Positions 11,835-25,600 of a stretch of 64,000 nucleotides of DNA are shown here, piece by piece. This stretch comes from Marsupella aquatica. Its lineage: Eukaryota > Plantae > Marchantiophyta. The notes beneath the pieces are model-generated. The model was not told the origin of the DNA. It ran no database searches and saw only the letters and a list, made by a program, of their open reading frames with translations. The stretch covers positions 10,055,525 through 10,119,524 of the forward strand of contig OZ316896.1 of assembly GCA_973895155.1 (NCBI GenBank), in the 5' to 3' direction. How positions within the stretch are numbered: the stretch's first letter is position 1; each line of letters opens with the position of its first letter. The translations under genes and the position numbers were made by a program.

Positions 11835-14800
11835 CTACTTGTGATGCAATTGCAAAACCTGCAATACGTCACGGTGTCTAGAGAAACTCTCCAAAGGAAT
11901 CACTTTGGTAAATGCGTCAGCCGGGTTGAGTTTACCATCAATCTTGACTAGCTCAAACAAATTATCAGACACACCCTGCCTGATAAAATGGTACCTGACG
12001 TCAATGTGCTTCACTCTGCTGTCCATCACCTGGTTCACAACAAGGTGGAGCGCACTTTGACTATCACAATGAAGCTTCACATTCCCCTGTGGCAATCCCA
12101 TTTCAGTGATAAGTCTATCCAACCAAATTGCTTCCTTTGCTGCTTCCGCAGCTGCAATATACTTCGCTTCTGTAGTAGACTGAGCAATACACTTCTGCAA
12201 AGTAGACCTCCAACTTATGCATCCACCACCAAGTGTGAACACGTATCCTGTTGTTGATCTCCTTCGGTCCAAATCTTGTCCATAGTCAGAATCTACATAG
12301 CCAATCAATGATCTAGCATTCTTTGAATTTGCATCAAATAAAAGACCATGATCCACGGTACCCTTCAAGTACCTGATAATCCACTTCACTGCTTCCCAAT
12401 GTACCTTCCCTGGATTTGACATGTACCTACTCACCTTGCCCATAGCCATGGCAAGATCAGGTCTAGTGCAAGTCATCAAATATATGAGACTTCCCATTGC
12501 CTTATCATAAGGAACCTTTGACATCAGCCCCTTCTCTGTCGCATCTGTGGGACAAAAAGCTCATGATAATTTGAAGTGTGCAGCCAAAGGGGTACTTACT
12601 GGCTTGCTATCCCCCATGTTGAACCTAGCAATTACCTTCCTCGCATAACTGCTCTGTGTCAACCATAGCTTACTAGCCTCCAAGTCCCTAGTGATCTCCA
12701 TACCCAAAATCCTCTTAGCTGGCCCTAGGTCCTTCATCTTTAAACTCTGCACTGAGCAGTGCCTTAAGCTTAACAATCTCATACCTATTCTTGGCTGCAA
12801 TAAGCATGTCATCCACATAAAGTACTAAAACAATGAACCCAAAGACAACATTCTTCACCGGTTTCAAATACACACAAGGGTCAAATACACTTCTGTGAAA
12901 ACCTTGTGATCGAATCCAATCGTCAAACCGCTTGTTCCACTGTCTTGGTGACTGCTTCAACCCATACAAGGATTTCAACAATCTGCAAACCAATTCCTCC
13001 TGTCCTCTCTTCACAAAACCTAGCGGTTGTCTCATGAAGATCACCTCTTCCAATGTGCCATAGAGAAAAGCTGTGACAACATCCATCTGATCTAGCAGCA
13101 GACCAAATATTACAACAAGTACACACAATAGTCGTATTGTAGAGTACTTAGCAACTGGTGAGAAGACCTCATTGTAATCCACACCTTTCTCTTGTGTGAA
13201 TCCCTTTGCTACCAACCTAGCCTTGTAGACCTTCGATCCACCTCCTATGGAATTATCCTTCAGCTTGTAAATCCACTTGCTGTCCACCACTTGCTGACCC
13301 TTAGGCAGCTTAACAAGCTCCCAAGTTTTGTTGTCCTTTAGTGACTGCATCTCCATTTGCATTGCTGCAATCCACTTCTGCTTCTCCTTTGAAGCACTTG
13401 CCTCATGAAATGAAGAAGGTTCCCATTCTTCCAAAATTAACGCATCACCCTCATCATCAGCTGCAAAATCATCCTCTTGTAGTTGAGATGAATCAACCCA
13501 CTGTCCATACCTTGGTGGAGCGCGTACAGTGCGACCAGATGCTCTTCTAGCCGATGACTCCGGTTGATCTGCGTGTGCTGGTACAATTTGAAGCTCAACA
13601 GCATCCACTTGCTGCTCACCAGCATCAACAAACTCCTCTGGTTCCTCTGGCACAGGAACCAGCTCCATAATTGGAGCAACTCCTTCTCTCCAGTCATGCA
13701 CCTCATAACCAATCTCCCCCTCAACGAGATCCGGGATAGAAGATTTTCCTTTGTCAGTACGGGAGACCTGAGTATTCTCCCCCTCCTTCAATAATCTGGA
13801 TTCATTGAAGGAAACATCCCTACTGACAACGAGCTTACAGGCAATAGGATCCCATAGCCTATAGGCTTTCACATCACTCTGGTACCCAAGAAAAACACAT
13901 TTCTTGGAGGTAGGATCCAACTTGGTCCTATTCTGCTTCGGTGTGAGAGCATATGCATCACTTCCAAAAACTACCAAGCCATGATAGTCTGCTTGCCGCT
14001 TATAGCGCATCTCAAACGGCGTTTTGAAATTGATAGCATTAGAAGGAGAAAGATTTACCAAATAAGCTGTGATATTGACAGCTTCTGCCCAAAATTCTTG
14101 TGGTAAACCTAATTGGCTCAACATATTCCGTGACCGCTCCAATAGTGTCCGATTGAGCCTCTCGGCGACACCATTCTGCTACGGAGTATAAACTGTGGTG
14201 AGATGGCGAGTTATCCCCTATTCTGAATAGTACTCTTCAAATTCTATTGAAGTGTACTCCCCGCCGTTGTTTGACCTCAGACTCTTCACCCTTGTATCCA
14301 AACACTTGATCGTGTTTCCAGTCTAATTCTCCACGTGGGCCTTCCACTTCTTAAAAATGGACAAGATATCAGACTTATGTGTCATGAAATAAATCCACAC
14401 AAATCTTGAGTAATCATCAATAAATGATACATAGTACAACTTTCCAGAGTGTGAGGGAGTCAGGGATGGACCCCACACGTCACTATGTATGTACTCAAGA
14501 ACCGCTTTGGAATGATGAGTTCCAACACCAAAAGCACGACGATGCTGCTTTCCAAGAATGCAATGCTCACAAAACTCTAATTTACAAGATTGCAAATCAG
14601 AAATGAGTCCATTCTTCTGTAAGATAGCCAAACCCTTCTCACTCATGTGGCCTAGCCGTGAATGCCACAGTTGAGTCATCTCCTCGTGAGACTTGGTTAC
14701 ATTGGCCTCTTCACATACAGTATTGCCCTGTAACACATACAAATTCTTTTGTCTACTCCTCTTCAAAATCACTGTCTCTCCCGACCTGACTTGAAGTTCA

Positions 14801-16050
14801 CCATCAATAACGCTCCATTGATGACCATTTGAATCCAACACACCGAGTGAAATCAGATTCTTACGCATGCCAGGTACATACCTAACTCCGGACACTGTGC
14901 GCACAGCGCCATCAAACATTTGAATCTTCACAGACCCAATTCCCTCAATTTGACAGGAGTGATCATTTCCCATCAGAACTGAACCGTTTGAAACAGAGTA
15001 AGAACTGAAAAACTCACGAATGTAACAAATATGAAAAGAGCAAGCACAATCAAGAATCCACACATCATCTGCTCTCCTAGATGACGTGCACAGGGCATAC
15101 CCCCAGCTTCATAAAATATACTCATCATTGAGTAAATCAGCTTCTCCATCAGCCCTAGCCACATTTGCCGATGAAGTTTCCGCTGCCTTTCCCTTACAGT
15201 CTCGCTTGAAGTGTCCAACTTGGTTGCACTTCCAACATGTCACCTGCCTCCTCTGAGGGGATTTACCCTTGGACTTAGATCTGGATTTAGATCTAAACTG
15301 GGTTCTACGGTCCCCAATTGGTCGCTGCATACTCCTCCCACGGTTAACATTGAGGGCAGCACTAGATGATGAAGGCTGTGACGTGATGTGCATCTTTTGT
15401 TGAAGATCATCACTAAGCAGAGAACTTACCACGTCATTGTATGAAATGGTATCCCTATCACGATGCAACAACACTCGTGATAGGGACTGCTAAGATGGAG
15501 GCAATGAACTAAGAAGCTGCAGAGCCTTCGTCTCATCATTCAAAGTCTCCCCAAGGTTTTCCAAGTCAACGACCATGTCGTTGAAAGCATCCACATGGTC
15601 TTGCAACTTCGTACCGGATTCCTTCATCCTGAAACTCATCAGTTTGTAGGAAGTGTAGAGCCGGTTCGACAACTCCTTGCGATGATACTTGCTCTGCAAT
15701 TCCGCAAACAAGGACATGCAATCCTTATGTGCACCCAACTGCTTGATGATGGGAGGCATGAGATAGAGTGTAACACACCACACTCCCTGCTCCTGCATGC
15801 GGTCCCATTGTTTCTCATCAACATCGTCTTCACGAGGGCTCAGCAGTTGGCCCATCCCTGACGCATAGGGCACTCCCTTCACCTGCTTCTCCCATAGCAA
15901 GTAGTCAGAGCGCCCATCATACTTTGTCACTTCATACTTGGGTCCCCCAAGCTTGAAAGTCCCCATCTTCTTCTTTGGCACTACCGTGAGCTCCGGTAGT
16001 AGTACTGTTTCCTCCACCACACGCCGCACCGGTGATGGTATCGGTGTCAC
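11835..16050 (-). pseudogene. copia gag-pol polyprotein with stops and frameshifts
   Basis: CWKCNQVGHFKRDC; WILDCACSFHI; WHSRLGH; HSDVWGP; YKARLVAKGF; LYGLKQSPRQW; YVDDMLI; YVDSDYG RNase H. Confidence 0.95.
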
Positions 16051-17291
16051 AAGCTCTTCCTCCTGCTCCTCTCTCTACCCCTGAAACCTCCGCGGTGATC
16101 CTCGTGCTTCAAGTTCCACGTCTTCGAAAAACTCCTCCAAATCACTCATATGAGAAAATCACAAAAAATGTTGTTTTTCACAACTTCTCAAAAAACTTGA
16201 AACTCAACACCGCCGCGTAGCCCACAAAGCTAGGAGTCCAATACTGAAAACCGAAATCAAAATCAAAATTTGACGGAAAAGTTATTCAAATTTCGGTCGA
16301 GGTGGGTAAAACCTTGGGAAACTCCCCCGTTTTGACCACCTCAGGGAATAACCGAAATACCAAGTACAACCCGTTGTCGGAATTGCGATGTGATTGGTGC
16401 GCCGCGTTGCCAACTTCAATGGCTACGACCTCGCCAAAAAATAACCAAAAAAGTTACCGTTCGGCGGATGAAATCTTTGTCGGTCGGTCAAAAAATAGCT
16501 CTCTGGTTTTTTTTGGAATATTCTATGACCCTTGTACAGGCCCTGTGGGAATTTTGGAAGAACAATCGAGGGGTTGACACGTGTCCTCGAACCCCCAAAA
16601 CCCCCTACCACCCTTCGTCGTCGAAATCTGATCGCGCGCGCAGAAAATACACACGGCAGAATATACCCCTCGACACCAAACGCAAGATATCTCACTCGGG
16701 TTTTGACGAAATCAAGATCTGATTTCAGATTTAGAAACTAGACTCTGAGGCGGTGAAGATCAATATAAAAAGCACCCAAAACGAGGAAAGAACGAGGGAG
16801 AAAAAAATTGGTAAGGATGAAAGATTTCTCTCAATTGCCATAGCCCATTTCGAATCAATTTTTCAAAGAGAAAAAAAATGGTACCTTGTCAACAATGAAT
16901 GTTGATCAATTGCACTTGGTGCCGTCACCAAGTCCAACAAGGTAATTGATTTTGCTTAGCCTTCCTCTTTGCATCAAAGAGCCAATCCCGGACTCAAAAC
17001 AATCGTCTTGCCTCAATCTCTCCGTTGAGTCAAAACACTTGACGCTTCTCCCTCCGAGTCGATTGCCAACTTTCTTCACAAAATCCAGAACGACGAAAAC
17101 TTAGATCTCTCTGCACCACGAGCTCCGTTCAGCGATTTCTTCACACCGTTAGAAAGCTCTTGCCCTGATCTATCTGTTCAGCCCATAAACTTCAAGTTCC
17201 ATGCGACGGAACTCTGGGAAATCCACCGACACTCAACGCTAGAAAAACCGTCATGAAATCCCATCACAAACACACGTCACCTCCCAAGCAT

Positions 17292-17303
17292 GCTCTGATA
17301 CCA
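17292..17303 (-). promoter_or_regulatory. Primer binding site for initiator Met tRNA
   Basis: TGGTATCAGAGC on the minus strand, 2 nt from the LTR. Confidence 0.92.
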
Positions 17304-17305
17304 AT

Positions 17306-17743
17306 TATTGAGTATAGACGATGATCGCAACGGCAAGCCCATGAACCATCCAACGCACAATAGTCGACACAAAAGATACGTGGTTTACCTCCTTGAGGCT
17401 ACGTCCACGGGAACACACAAGAGAGCTTTACTGAACTCTAAGCCCGTCGGCTGTACCGAGTCTCCACAGTGTAAGCTCTCCCTATCTCTCAAGTGGCTCC
17501 ATAACAATGAGCCTTGGTTCTACCTCTCCAAGCACACGTGCCTCTTATGATATAGTGTGCAACTTAGTTAACCTAACCACATTGTTGTACCTAATCACGT
17601 AGTTGTACCTAACCACATTGTTGTACCTAATCACGTAGTTGTACCTAACCACGTAGTTGTACCAAACCATGTTGTTGTACCAACCCACGTTGTTGTACCA
17701 ACCACGTCATACCTAACCTAGACATAAGAGTAAATACCCAACA
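17306..17743 (-). repeat. copia 5' LTR
   Basis: Direct repeat of 11207-11644; terminal TG mutated to TA. Confidence 0.95.
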
Positions 17744-17748
17744 TGGTA

Positions 17749-18734
17749 CTGGTAGTCAGGCATGTATGTGGATGTAAAATCCTATGTTGGATCTTGTGAG
17801 AGTTGTCAGTATTACTCTAAAGTTCGGTTTAGAGATGGACTTAATCCCACTAGTCCTCTTTCTTTACATTTTCAGTGGGCAGTAGATGTGGTGCACATGC
17901 CGTGGGGAATTAGGGGGGCAAAGCCTTGTCCTTGCAAGAGAAGATTTATCTTCTTATGCTGAAGGAAGGGCTTTAACCTCTAACACTACAGAAGCAGTAT
18001 GCAGGTTCATACTTGAAGACGTTATAGCACGTCATGGTTATTTTGTGCAAATAAGAGCAGATAGAGGAGAGCTGAGTTTTGAAGAGGCTGTAGAATTTTT
18101 TGACCGGTTCAACATCAAACTCAAACTCACTATTGCCTACAACCCAGAAGGAAATGGAAAGATTGAGCGAGGGCACCCACCGATAGTGAATGCCTTGGTG
18201 AAATCTTGTCGAGGAAAACCATCGCTTTGGCCCAATCTTCTACCATTTGCTCTTTTGGCAGATCGAATGACATGCACTACCACAATAGGAATTACGCCTG
18301 CCGAATTAGTCTCTGGACATTTGCCTTTGGTGCCGATTGAGAAAAATGTTCAGAGTTGGAGGATGATTGAATGGCAAGATAGAATCTCCCGAGAAAAGTT
18401 GTTGGAGCGAAGGATTGAGCACTTTAGCCAGACCAAGGAGAAGATTGAGGAGGCGTTACTAAGGCTAAAGGAGGCTCGTGAGAAGAATAAGGAACGATTT
18501 GACAAGACCCATCGTTTGAGACCAATTCCCATCCAGAATGGAGATTGGGTCTTGATCTATGAGGAAGGGTTGGAACACCAACATTCTACTTTGAAGAAGT
18601 TTGCACGTCGTTGGAGAGGACCATTTGTGGTGGAGGAGGTTCGTCCTAATGCAACATATGTGGTAAGAGAACTTGATGGAATAATTCATCGCAATCCCTA
18701 TGCAGGGAAGCGAGTGAAATTGTTTAAACGATGA
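17749..18734 (+). pseudogene. gypsy integrase, resuming after the copia
   Basis: YVGSCESCQ completes the HHCC finger; DVVHMP, ADRGE, YNPEGNGKIER; WRGPFVV (GPY/F motif). Confidence 0.92.
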
Positions 18735-18856
18735 ACTCGATTTGTGACAGAAGAAGAGTTTGAACCCGACGACTATGAGGCTTTAGATGAAGAAGACATG
18801 TAGCGATTCTAGGTGTGGTGCATACTGGAGGATGCACAGGTTTGGTAGGGGTGATG

Positions 18857-20649
18857 TGTCGTGATTTTTTCTTAAGTTATAAAAAATTGTTTGTTTTAAT
18901 ATGCTATAGATTATATAAGTAATTTAGTAGTTAGATTATTAAATTTAGACTTTATTAAACTTCTTTAGCTATATTAACGGACTATAGTAGTTCCACCAAT
19001 GCATATGAGTAGTTCCACCAAACTACAATAATATTCACCAACGCATAGTAGTTCTACCAACGCACAGTAGGTCCACCAGCGCATAGTAGTTCTACCAACG
19101 CACAGTAGGTCCACCAACGCATAGTAGGTCCACCAATGCATAGTAGTTCCACCAACGCATGGTAGTTGCACCTACTAAAAGTAGTTTCACCAACTATGAA
19201 CAGTACTAGCACACTCTTAGGTATTTGATGTTTGACACTTGGCCTTCATCCAAGTGCTTGGGCTTGATCCATGCCCTCTTGGTGTGCACTATATATAAAG
19301 TGGTGAGGGGCACTCTCCCCTCATTCCGCAGTGTTTATCATTCAAGGTTGTGAAGCTCTTTTGTGCCTTGAACATACTAGTGGGCGTCCTTTGGCCCGGA
19401 TAGCAAAGAAATGAGTGATAGACTTATAGATGGGACCTTAGGGAATAAGGTTTCTTTGGGAATATAGGGGTGGGGCGTCCTTTGGCCCGGATAGCAAAGG
19501 AATAGGAGAGCCATCATGAATCCAGGAGAGAGAGTTATCCCTGATCTTCCCCTTCGTAATCCGTTTTTGATTAGAGTCTATCTTTTAGACAAACCATCTA
19601 TGAGGCAACATCTAACTTATCATTTTGGAACTCAATTTGCAACTGCTGTTATGGTTTCTAACGAGCCAATAATATACCCAATGGTGTCATACCGAGAGGA
19701 GTGGGAGTGCATCATCTTTGTCCTTTATTGAAGTCATGGATCTGAATAGGAGTCCGGATGATATCCCTGTTTCATTTTCTCTTGGAGATATTAGGATCAT
19801 ATGTCGTAAGAAAACTAATTTTCGTGATGTGTTGGTCCGCAAGTATGGTGAAGTAGGGTTTAACAGTATTTTAGTTTCACCTTAACCTTTCTTAATACCC
19901 ACTACCCTTGTTACTAGAATTATCATTTTGATTTTAGTGTAGAACTTATGAGCATGCAAGGTTAACTTCAAAAGAGCCAACATGCTCTTGCCAGAAAATA
20001 CGGTCACCCGGACACCGTGAAGTGGAGGCAAGGGTTCTGCAAAGAAGGAACACCAATGTTAGAGTTGTGGGAGATAAAACAGAGGAATGCTCAAGACGAT
20101 CTCGAGCATCACAAGTGAATGAAAAACAATCAACGTCATACCTATTGTTGGTTGAAGGTCAGTAGTTGAAGAAATCTCAGGACATCTTTGGAGATTATTG
20201 TTGACGCACTCCACAACTGGTAAGGGCCCGCCTATTTCTGTGAAGGTAGACATAAGAATTTAGATGGCTAAACTTTGTTAAGGATTGCTCTTAGTCTTGT
20301 GACTCAAAGGTTACGGCACTTAGGCTAATCACAGTTAGGGTCTTAGCTGAGGTTAGGTTAGTCATGTGTGACCTTGTATATACCAGGGCTAGTGTAAGCC
20401 GCTGGTGTGTGGTGCTTACTCATTGTAACAGAGCAACAGGAGGAAGAGAGAGAGCATGTGTGTTCGTCTACTCTTGAAGTAAAGCTTGAGTGTTCGTGTG
20501 GACGTAGCCTTGGAGAAGAGGTGAACCACGTAGAGATTGTGTCGACTACGTGTGCATGGAATGAGTCATGGTTGTATGGTCGTTGCGAATGACGTCTTAG
20601 TTCAACAAACTTCAGGACTGTTCAAACTAACTTGGGTTTCAACCTTACA
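18857..20649 (+). repeat. Putative gypsy 3' LTR (~1.8 kb) with 18-19-bp tandem repeats at ~18980-19195
   Basis: PPT-like GGTAGGGGTGATG then TGTC; ends CTTACA; GTGGACGTAGCC...GAACCACGT LTR-type motif near 20500; partner LTR not in window. Confidence 0.65.
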
Positions 20650-21307
20650 TGTTGAAAGACCCAAATTCATCTAGAAGATTATCTCCTAGTTGGTTTTGGA
20701 TGTCCAAATTTATCCCTCCGGGAAGGGTCTCAACAAGAGCTGGATCAAACCAAACTGGCACTAATTTGAACTTATCCTTCCTATACTTTCTAGATCGAAT
20801 AATCTTCTCAGACTGCTCTATACTGACTTGTTGACCTTTTGACGGTCCATCAGTCCAAACACAATGAGTAGCACTTGCTTTGAGTGATTTGTAACCAGTT
20901 TTACCAATTTCAGTCCCCGGTTTCCTAACAAAAGGGAGAATTACGGGGCTTCCAGTAGAAGTATCTGTGAAAACAAGCTTATTCTCTGAAGCACAAAACA
21001 TTTGGTCCAAGGGAGAGGACGATGCACCTGCCTCGTCCTGAGGGGGAGTATGGCAGCCACTAGCTTTCTTAGTAGAGAAAATCTCATCCAGTTGAGGAGG
21101 GCTTGGAATTGGTTGGCTAATTGCATCCTGCAAGGTGGATTCCTAGCCAACATCCAAGGTTGAAGACTGTTGTTCACGTTGTGCATCCCCAAGGTCACCC
21201 GTTAAAGGAACACCTGGAATGTCGAGATCATCTCGAGCATCATTTCCAAATTCATGCAGTATTTCACTCTCCTCTTCCATGTAGCTTGTGATTTTTGGGC
21301 CCTCCAT
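20650..21307 (-). pseudogene. Unknown cargo gene truncated at its 3' end by the gypsy LTR
   Basis: ATG at 21307 is in frame with ORF 20645-21133 across one TAG; contains the outer-element palindrome. Confidence 0.45.
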
Positions 21308-22634
21308 TTTGCGATGCTCTTAAATTCTCCGCAAATACTTCCTCATAAACACTGGCTTCCACCAAAGCTATGTCTAAGGCCGCCTCTTCTATAAGAACGA
21401 GGGGACCGGTCCTTGGGCCCTCACTCTTACTATATTAAGTGAACCCCCCTGAGAACAGACACCCCCGTGTACCCCTTCTTAATATTTTTGTTCACAAAAA
21501 AATATCCCTTGTTAATGTAAAAACATTATTTTTTCCTATAAAAATTTATCCTTTTGTAAATTATAACAGAGTTTTTCAAGGAATTAAAAAAACCCTTGAA
21601 TTTTTAAAAGTTGTAAATATCATACTGAAACATAAAAGATTCTATTTTGCATAGGGGAATATTATGTTACGCTGATGTTCACGGTACATATTTTATATAG
21701 ATCATAACAAAATTAGTACTAAAGATTTATAGTTCTTCCTAGAGTATATGACTATAACTCAGGCAACTTGTAGACCTCATAGAGATAACCTGAACTAGTA
21801 CAAAGGCATTATTATGCTATGCTATATCCTTGGAGGAATAATTGCATATATACTACTTATGTAAACTCCAATTGCTAAATTATTCTATCTTGACTAAGAA
21901 TGGTATGACATCAACCATTAACACCAAATGATAAATAGAGTTTTTGGCAACTTCTTTCATGCAACCTGACACATCAAACCACACATTAATCATATATATT
22001 CTAGACACAAAGTACTAATAATACAAAAAATGACTACTGAAAATTGTGGAGAGTAATACCATCAAATCTCCTTTGGCTGAAATTGTTACTTAGACATGGT
22101 GGGTAATTTTCCTGCCATCTCTGCAATCAAACAACTGTGAGCATCGGGTACCCCCCCCAACCCAATGATCAAGGGAGTACACCACCCCACACACAAACAC
22201 ACCTGGCCTCATACCTGGCCATTTGATTCAAGGGAATTCAAAAGTAATCTTGTTTGTTCATGTGGGATTGATTCATGGGTCCCCATCAATCCCAGAACCC
22301 CAAACGAGTTGGGCCCCAAAATCCTGGCCCAACATTTACTTAACTCCCAACTTAACACATGCGGGTAAACAAGTCTACCATGCAAGCCCATGAAACCAAA
22401 CTTGCCTTAAGAGGATAAATAATTAAATGTCTGATTTACTATATGGACATGTGTGCCAATGAAGTGATGACATGTGTGCCAACTATATAGTGACACATGT
22501 CCTTGGCATTTTAGGTACCCTTGCATAAGATTAATGTGACATGTATTTGATAAGAGCCTTATTACTAATATTGTGATGAATGTATATACATGGATGTTGC
22601 CTACTTTAAAAAATATTATAAAAATTAGTTTGCA

Positions 22635-25600
22635 TTACATTAAAAATACCCTTGCGTTGTTCGCACGTCCTGCTTGCATTAGTAACGCTGAGGGCCCAGG
22701 GGGACCGGCAATAATTTCCTCAGATGCTAACGGCTCTTTGGGTGGCACATATAAAACCTGCTTGTTGTCATGAAGGAGCTGAGCAAAGGCTTCTGTGAAT
22801 TCCATCTCTTGAGCTGTGTCCATATACACAAAACAATCCCGACCAAGAATGACACAAGCTTTCAATGTCTGTCCTCCAAAGAAGAAATCCAACACTGTGT
22901 GACCTGGGCAGGAGAAATAATCAACAAGACGCTTTGTCATTCGCAAAAGCTTTGCTCTCGGATTTACAAAGCCACCCCGCCGACCGACCATCTCATAAGA
23001 TGGGGCCATCTTCTCCAAAACTTCAACATCAACAATGGATTCATCGAGCTTATCTTTCCCCTTTGATTGGTCTTTGTTGTTCCCAGTAGGGGCCTTCAAA
23101 GGCAAGACTGTGAAGTCTGTGTCCCACTTCTCACTACAGTTCCAAAACGCATAAAAGTCATCAAAGAAAATTTGGGACCAGTCTGGTTCCTCTTCACAAC
23201 AAATTCCCCTAAAGATGATTGAGTCTCGGGCTCCAATGAGAAAATCTCCCTCCTGCTTGGGCAGCTGATCACGGTAGTAGCTCCCATACTCCAACTTCGT
23301 GTGGACTTTCTTCTCACGACAAATATTTTCAAAGGCACTCTGAATCTGGCCTATCAATGGGCCTTGACGGACAAAAAAGATTACCAAGAGCTCCGTCAAG
23401 TTCGCCATCTGCAAACAATACTCCAGCAAGACAAAAAATTTGGCATCTGTCCACTGCCGTTGTCGAGGACGACCAAAATCGACAATGGAAAGTGGGCACG
23501 TCCTTTGCACCAAGTCAACAATCTCAGGCTTCATTGTCCTCATCAAATTATTGCTAAAAAATGTGCGATAAGGAGTATCCTCCATTGAAGGCATCCCGCC
23601 AAATACCTTGCAATATATCTGCTCAAGCCTAACAATGAGACTTTGCGGAAATGGGTCTTTTGGCCTATTTCTTTTTAGGAGGTTGGAAATCCAAACCTCT
23701 CCAGCAAGTTGTCTAAGTTTGGGCAACTCACCACGATCCATAAATGTAGGCAAAAATTGAGTTAGCTCAAACCAAGTGAGTGAATTGGCAAACCGATCCG
23801 GATACTTCAAAACAAAGTACTCCACAATTTTTGCCGTCAACTTGGTCATGACTTTGAAAGTATGTGCCATATCACTCATTGATTGAACATCAGATTTGTT
23901 GGTTGGGTCTTTCTTCAATAAAACCTTCTGTTGTTGAACGGCAGTAAAAACTTTCAGAATGTCGTCACTACTCAGGTCTCCTTCAAAGTATCTAAACAAT
24001 GCCGGCGTAATCATTTTTGTTGTCCGGGATTTCCCGTTTATTTTTGAACCTAACTCCCCTAGACCATCCGGAAGAAGTCCCTTGACCCAATCGATGCACA
24101 TTTGTCTCCAAGTTTGGAAGAGGTTCTCTTCCAAAAAAAGCAACCAAAAAATATTCCTCAGATCGGATTTTCTAGTCGTTATTTTGGCCAAGGCCATACA
24201 ATCCTGATCCAAACAGTACAAAGAAAATCTGAGGCTCGAGACGATCTTGAGGTAGAATTAAGGAACTTTGTTGAAATTTATGGGCGAATACATGAAGATA
24301 AATCAAATACAGAAACTTGACCTCGAGACTCGAGATAATCTCGAGCTAGAAGTGGATTTGAGTTCGAATTTACCTGGAACTTTTGATGATCCGTTAGTCT
24401 ATTGGACCCAATCACGGGTTTCTTCGGACGGCCACACTCGTCAAACTGTCGACGAGCATGGACCATAGTATCAAGAAAACAGGACTCATACTCCATGGTC
24501 TTATTAACAACATTTGTCCTTTGTGAGTGTTGAGCAAGTATTGTTCTTGGAGTTTTGTCCGAAAGAATTTGTGACTTTCGATATTGCAGACTCTTTGCGA
24601 CCTCCTTCAATTTTGCATCCCTCTTAGCCCAACCTATGATCCAAACAGCTGCCTTTGCCGAGTGTTGTCCACTAATTGCAAGGAACTACACCTTCTTATT
24701 CTTAACACCCCACTCAAACTCCTTTCGATCCTCAGGAGTATTCTCATAATGGAGCAACTGCGAACTCTCTCTTGAATACGGAATTAAATCCGCCACAGCT
24801 GGTACCATTCCAGGGTTTCTAACCATGGATTTCGTGACCTCCATGGCATGGTCTGTACTGAACATCCTATATACCAATATTGCAGAAGGCGAATCTATAC
24901 TAGTGACAGGAATGTCAAAAGTTTCATTCATGCCAAATGTATAATACTCCTCAATCTCCTTAAGAACTTCGGCTCCTTCTTTAATGCTCTTTTCTCCTGG
25001 AGCATCTCCTGGAGTGCCATCATCATCGGTATGTGCAATCACACCCGAGGAAGATGTCGGAATAAGATCTACCTTGGGCGGCGCGGACTTTTTTGGAGGT
25101 GGAGCCTTCTTCGCTTTGCTTTCGGGTTTCTCAACCCTTTTCCTCTTTTGAGACACCTTTGCTTCCTTTTTATCCAAACCGGATGTTTTGTCTCCTGCAG
25201 CTACAGATTTCAATTTACTTGTTTATCTCCGATGAGACAACACCCACTTTTTACAAGCATCCTCGTCAAATTCTCCGGCTCCAAAGACAAAATCAGGGGA
25301 TATGGATTCTGACATTAGTCTCAAAACCTTCCACGTGAAAGGAGTCGTGAATGCATCATCACAATCAAACCCATACTTTTGACAATAAAGGAATCCAAAA
25401 ATTATGTCAGCTCCAATTATAGGAGTATCTTCTAGCAAATTACTTGTAGTAAAACCCTCGGGGAAGAACCCCATTGATATCACGCTCAGTTGTTTCCTGG
25501 CTGCACGTTCAATGTTAAGATCGCAAGAGTAGTTTTTGGCGTGAAGTCTAATTAGAGCCCACTTCCCTGTCTCGTGGTTCTCCACTGTCAAAACCATGTC

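Larger units (their letters stand above)
11207..17743 (-). mobile_element. Full-length Ty1/copia LTR retrotransposon
   Basis: Two 438-bp LTRs; 5-bp TSD TGGTA at 11202-11206 and 17744-17748; PBS and PPT present. Confidence 0.97.
6790..20649 (+). mobile_element. Ty3/gypsy LTR retrotransposon, 5' part outside window, interrupted by CACTA and copia
   Basis: Order gag, protease, RT, RNase H, integrase, PPT, LTR. Confidence 0.9.
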
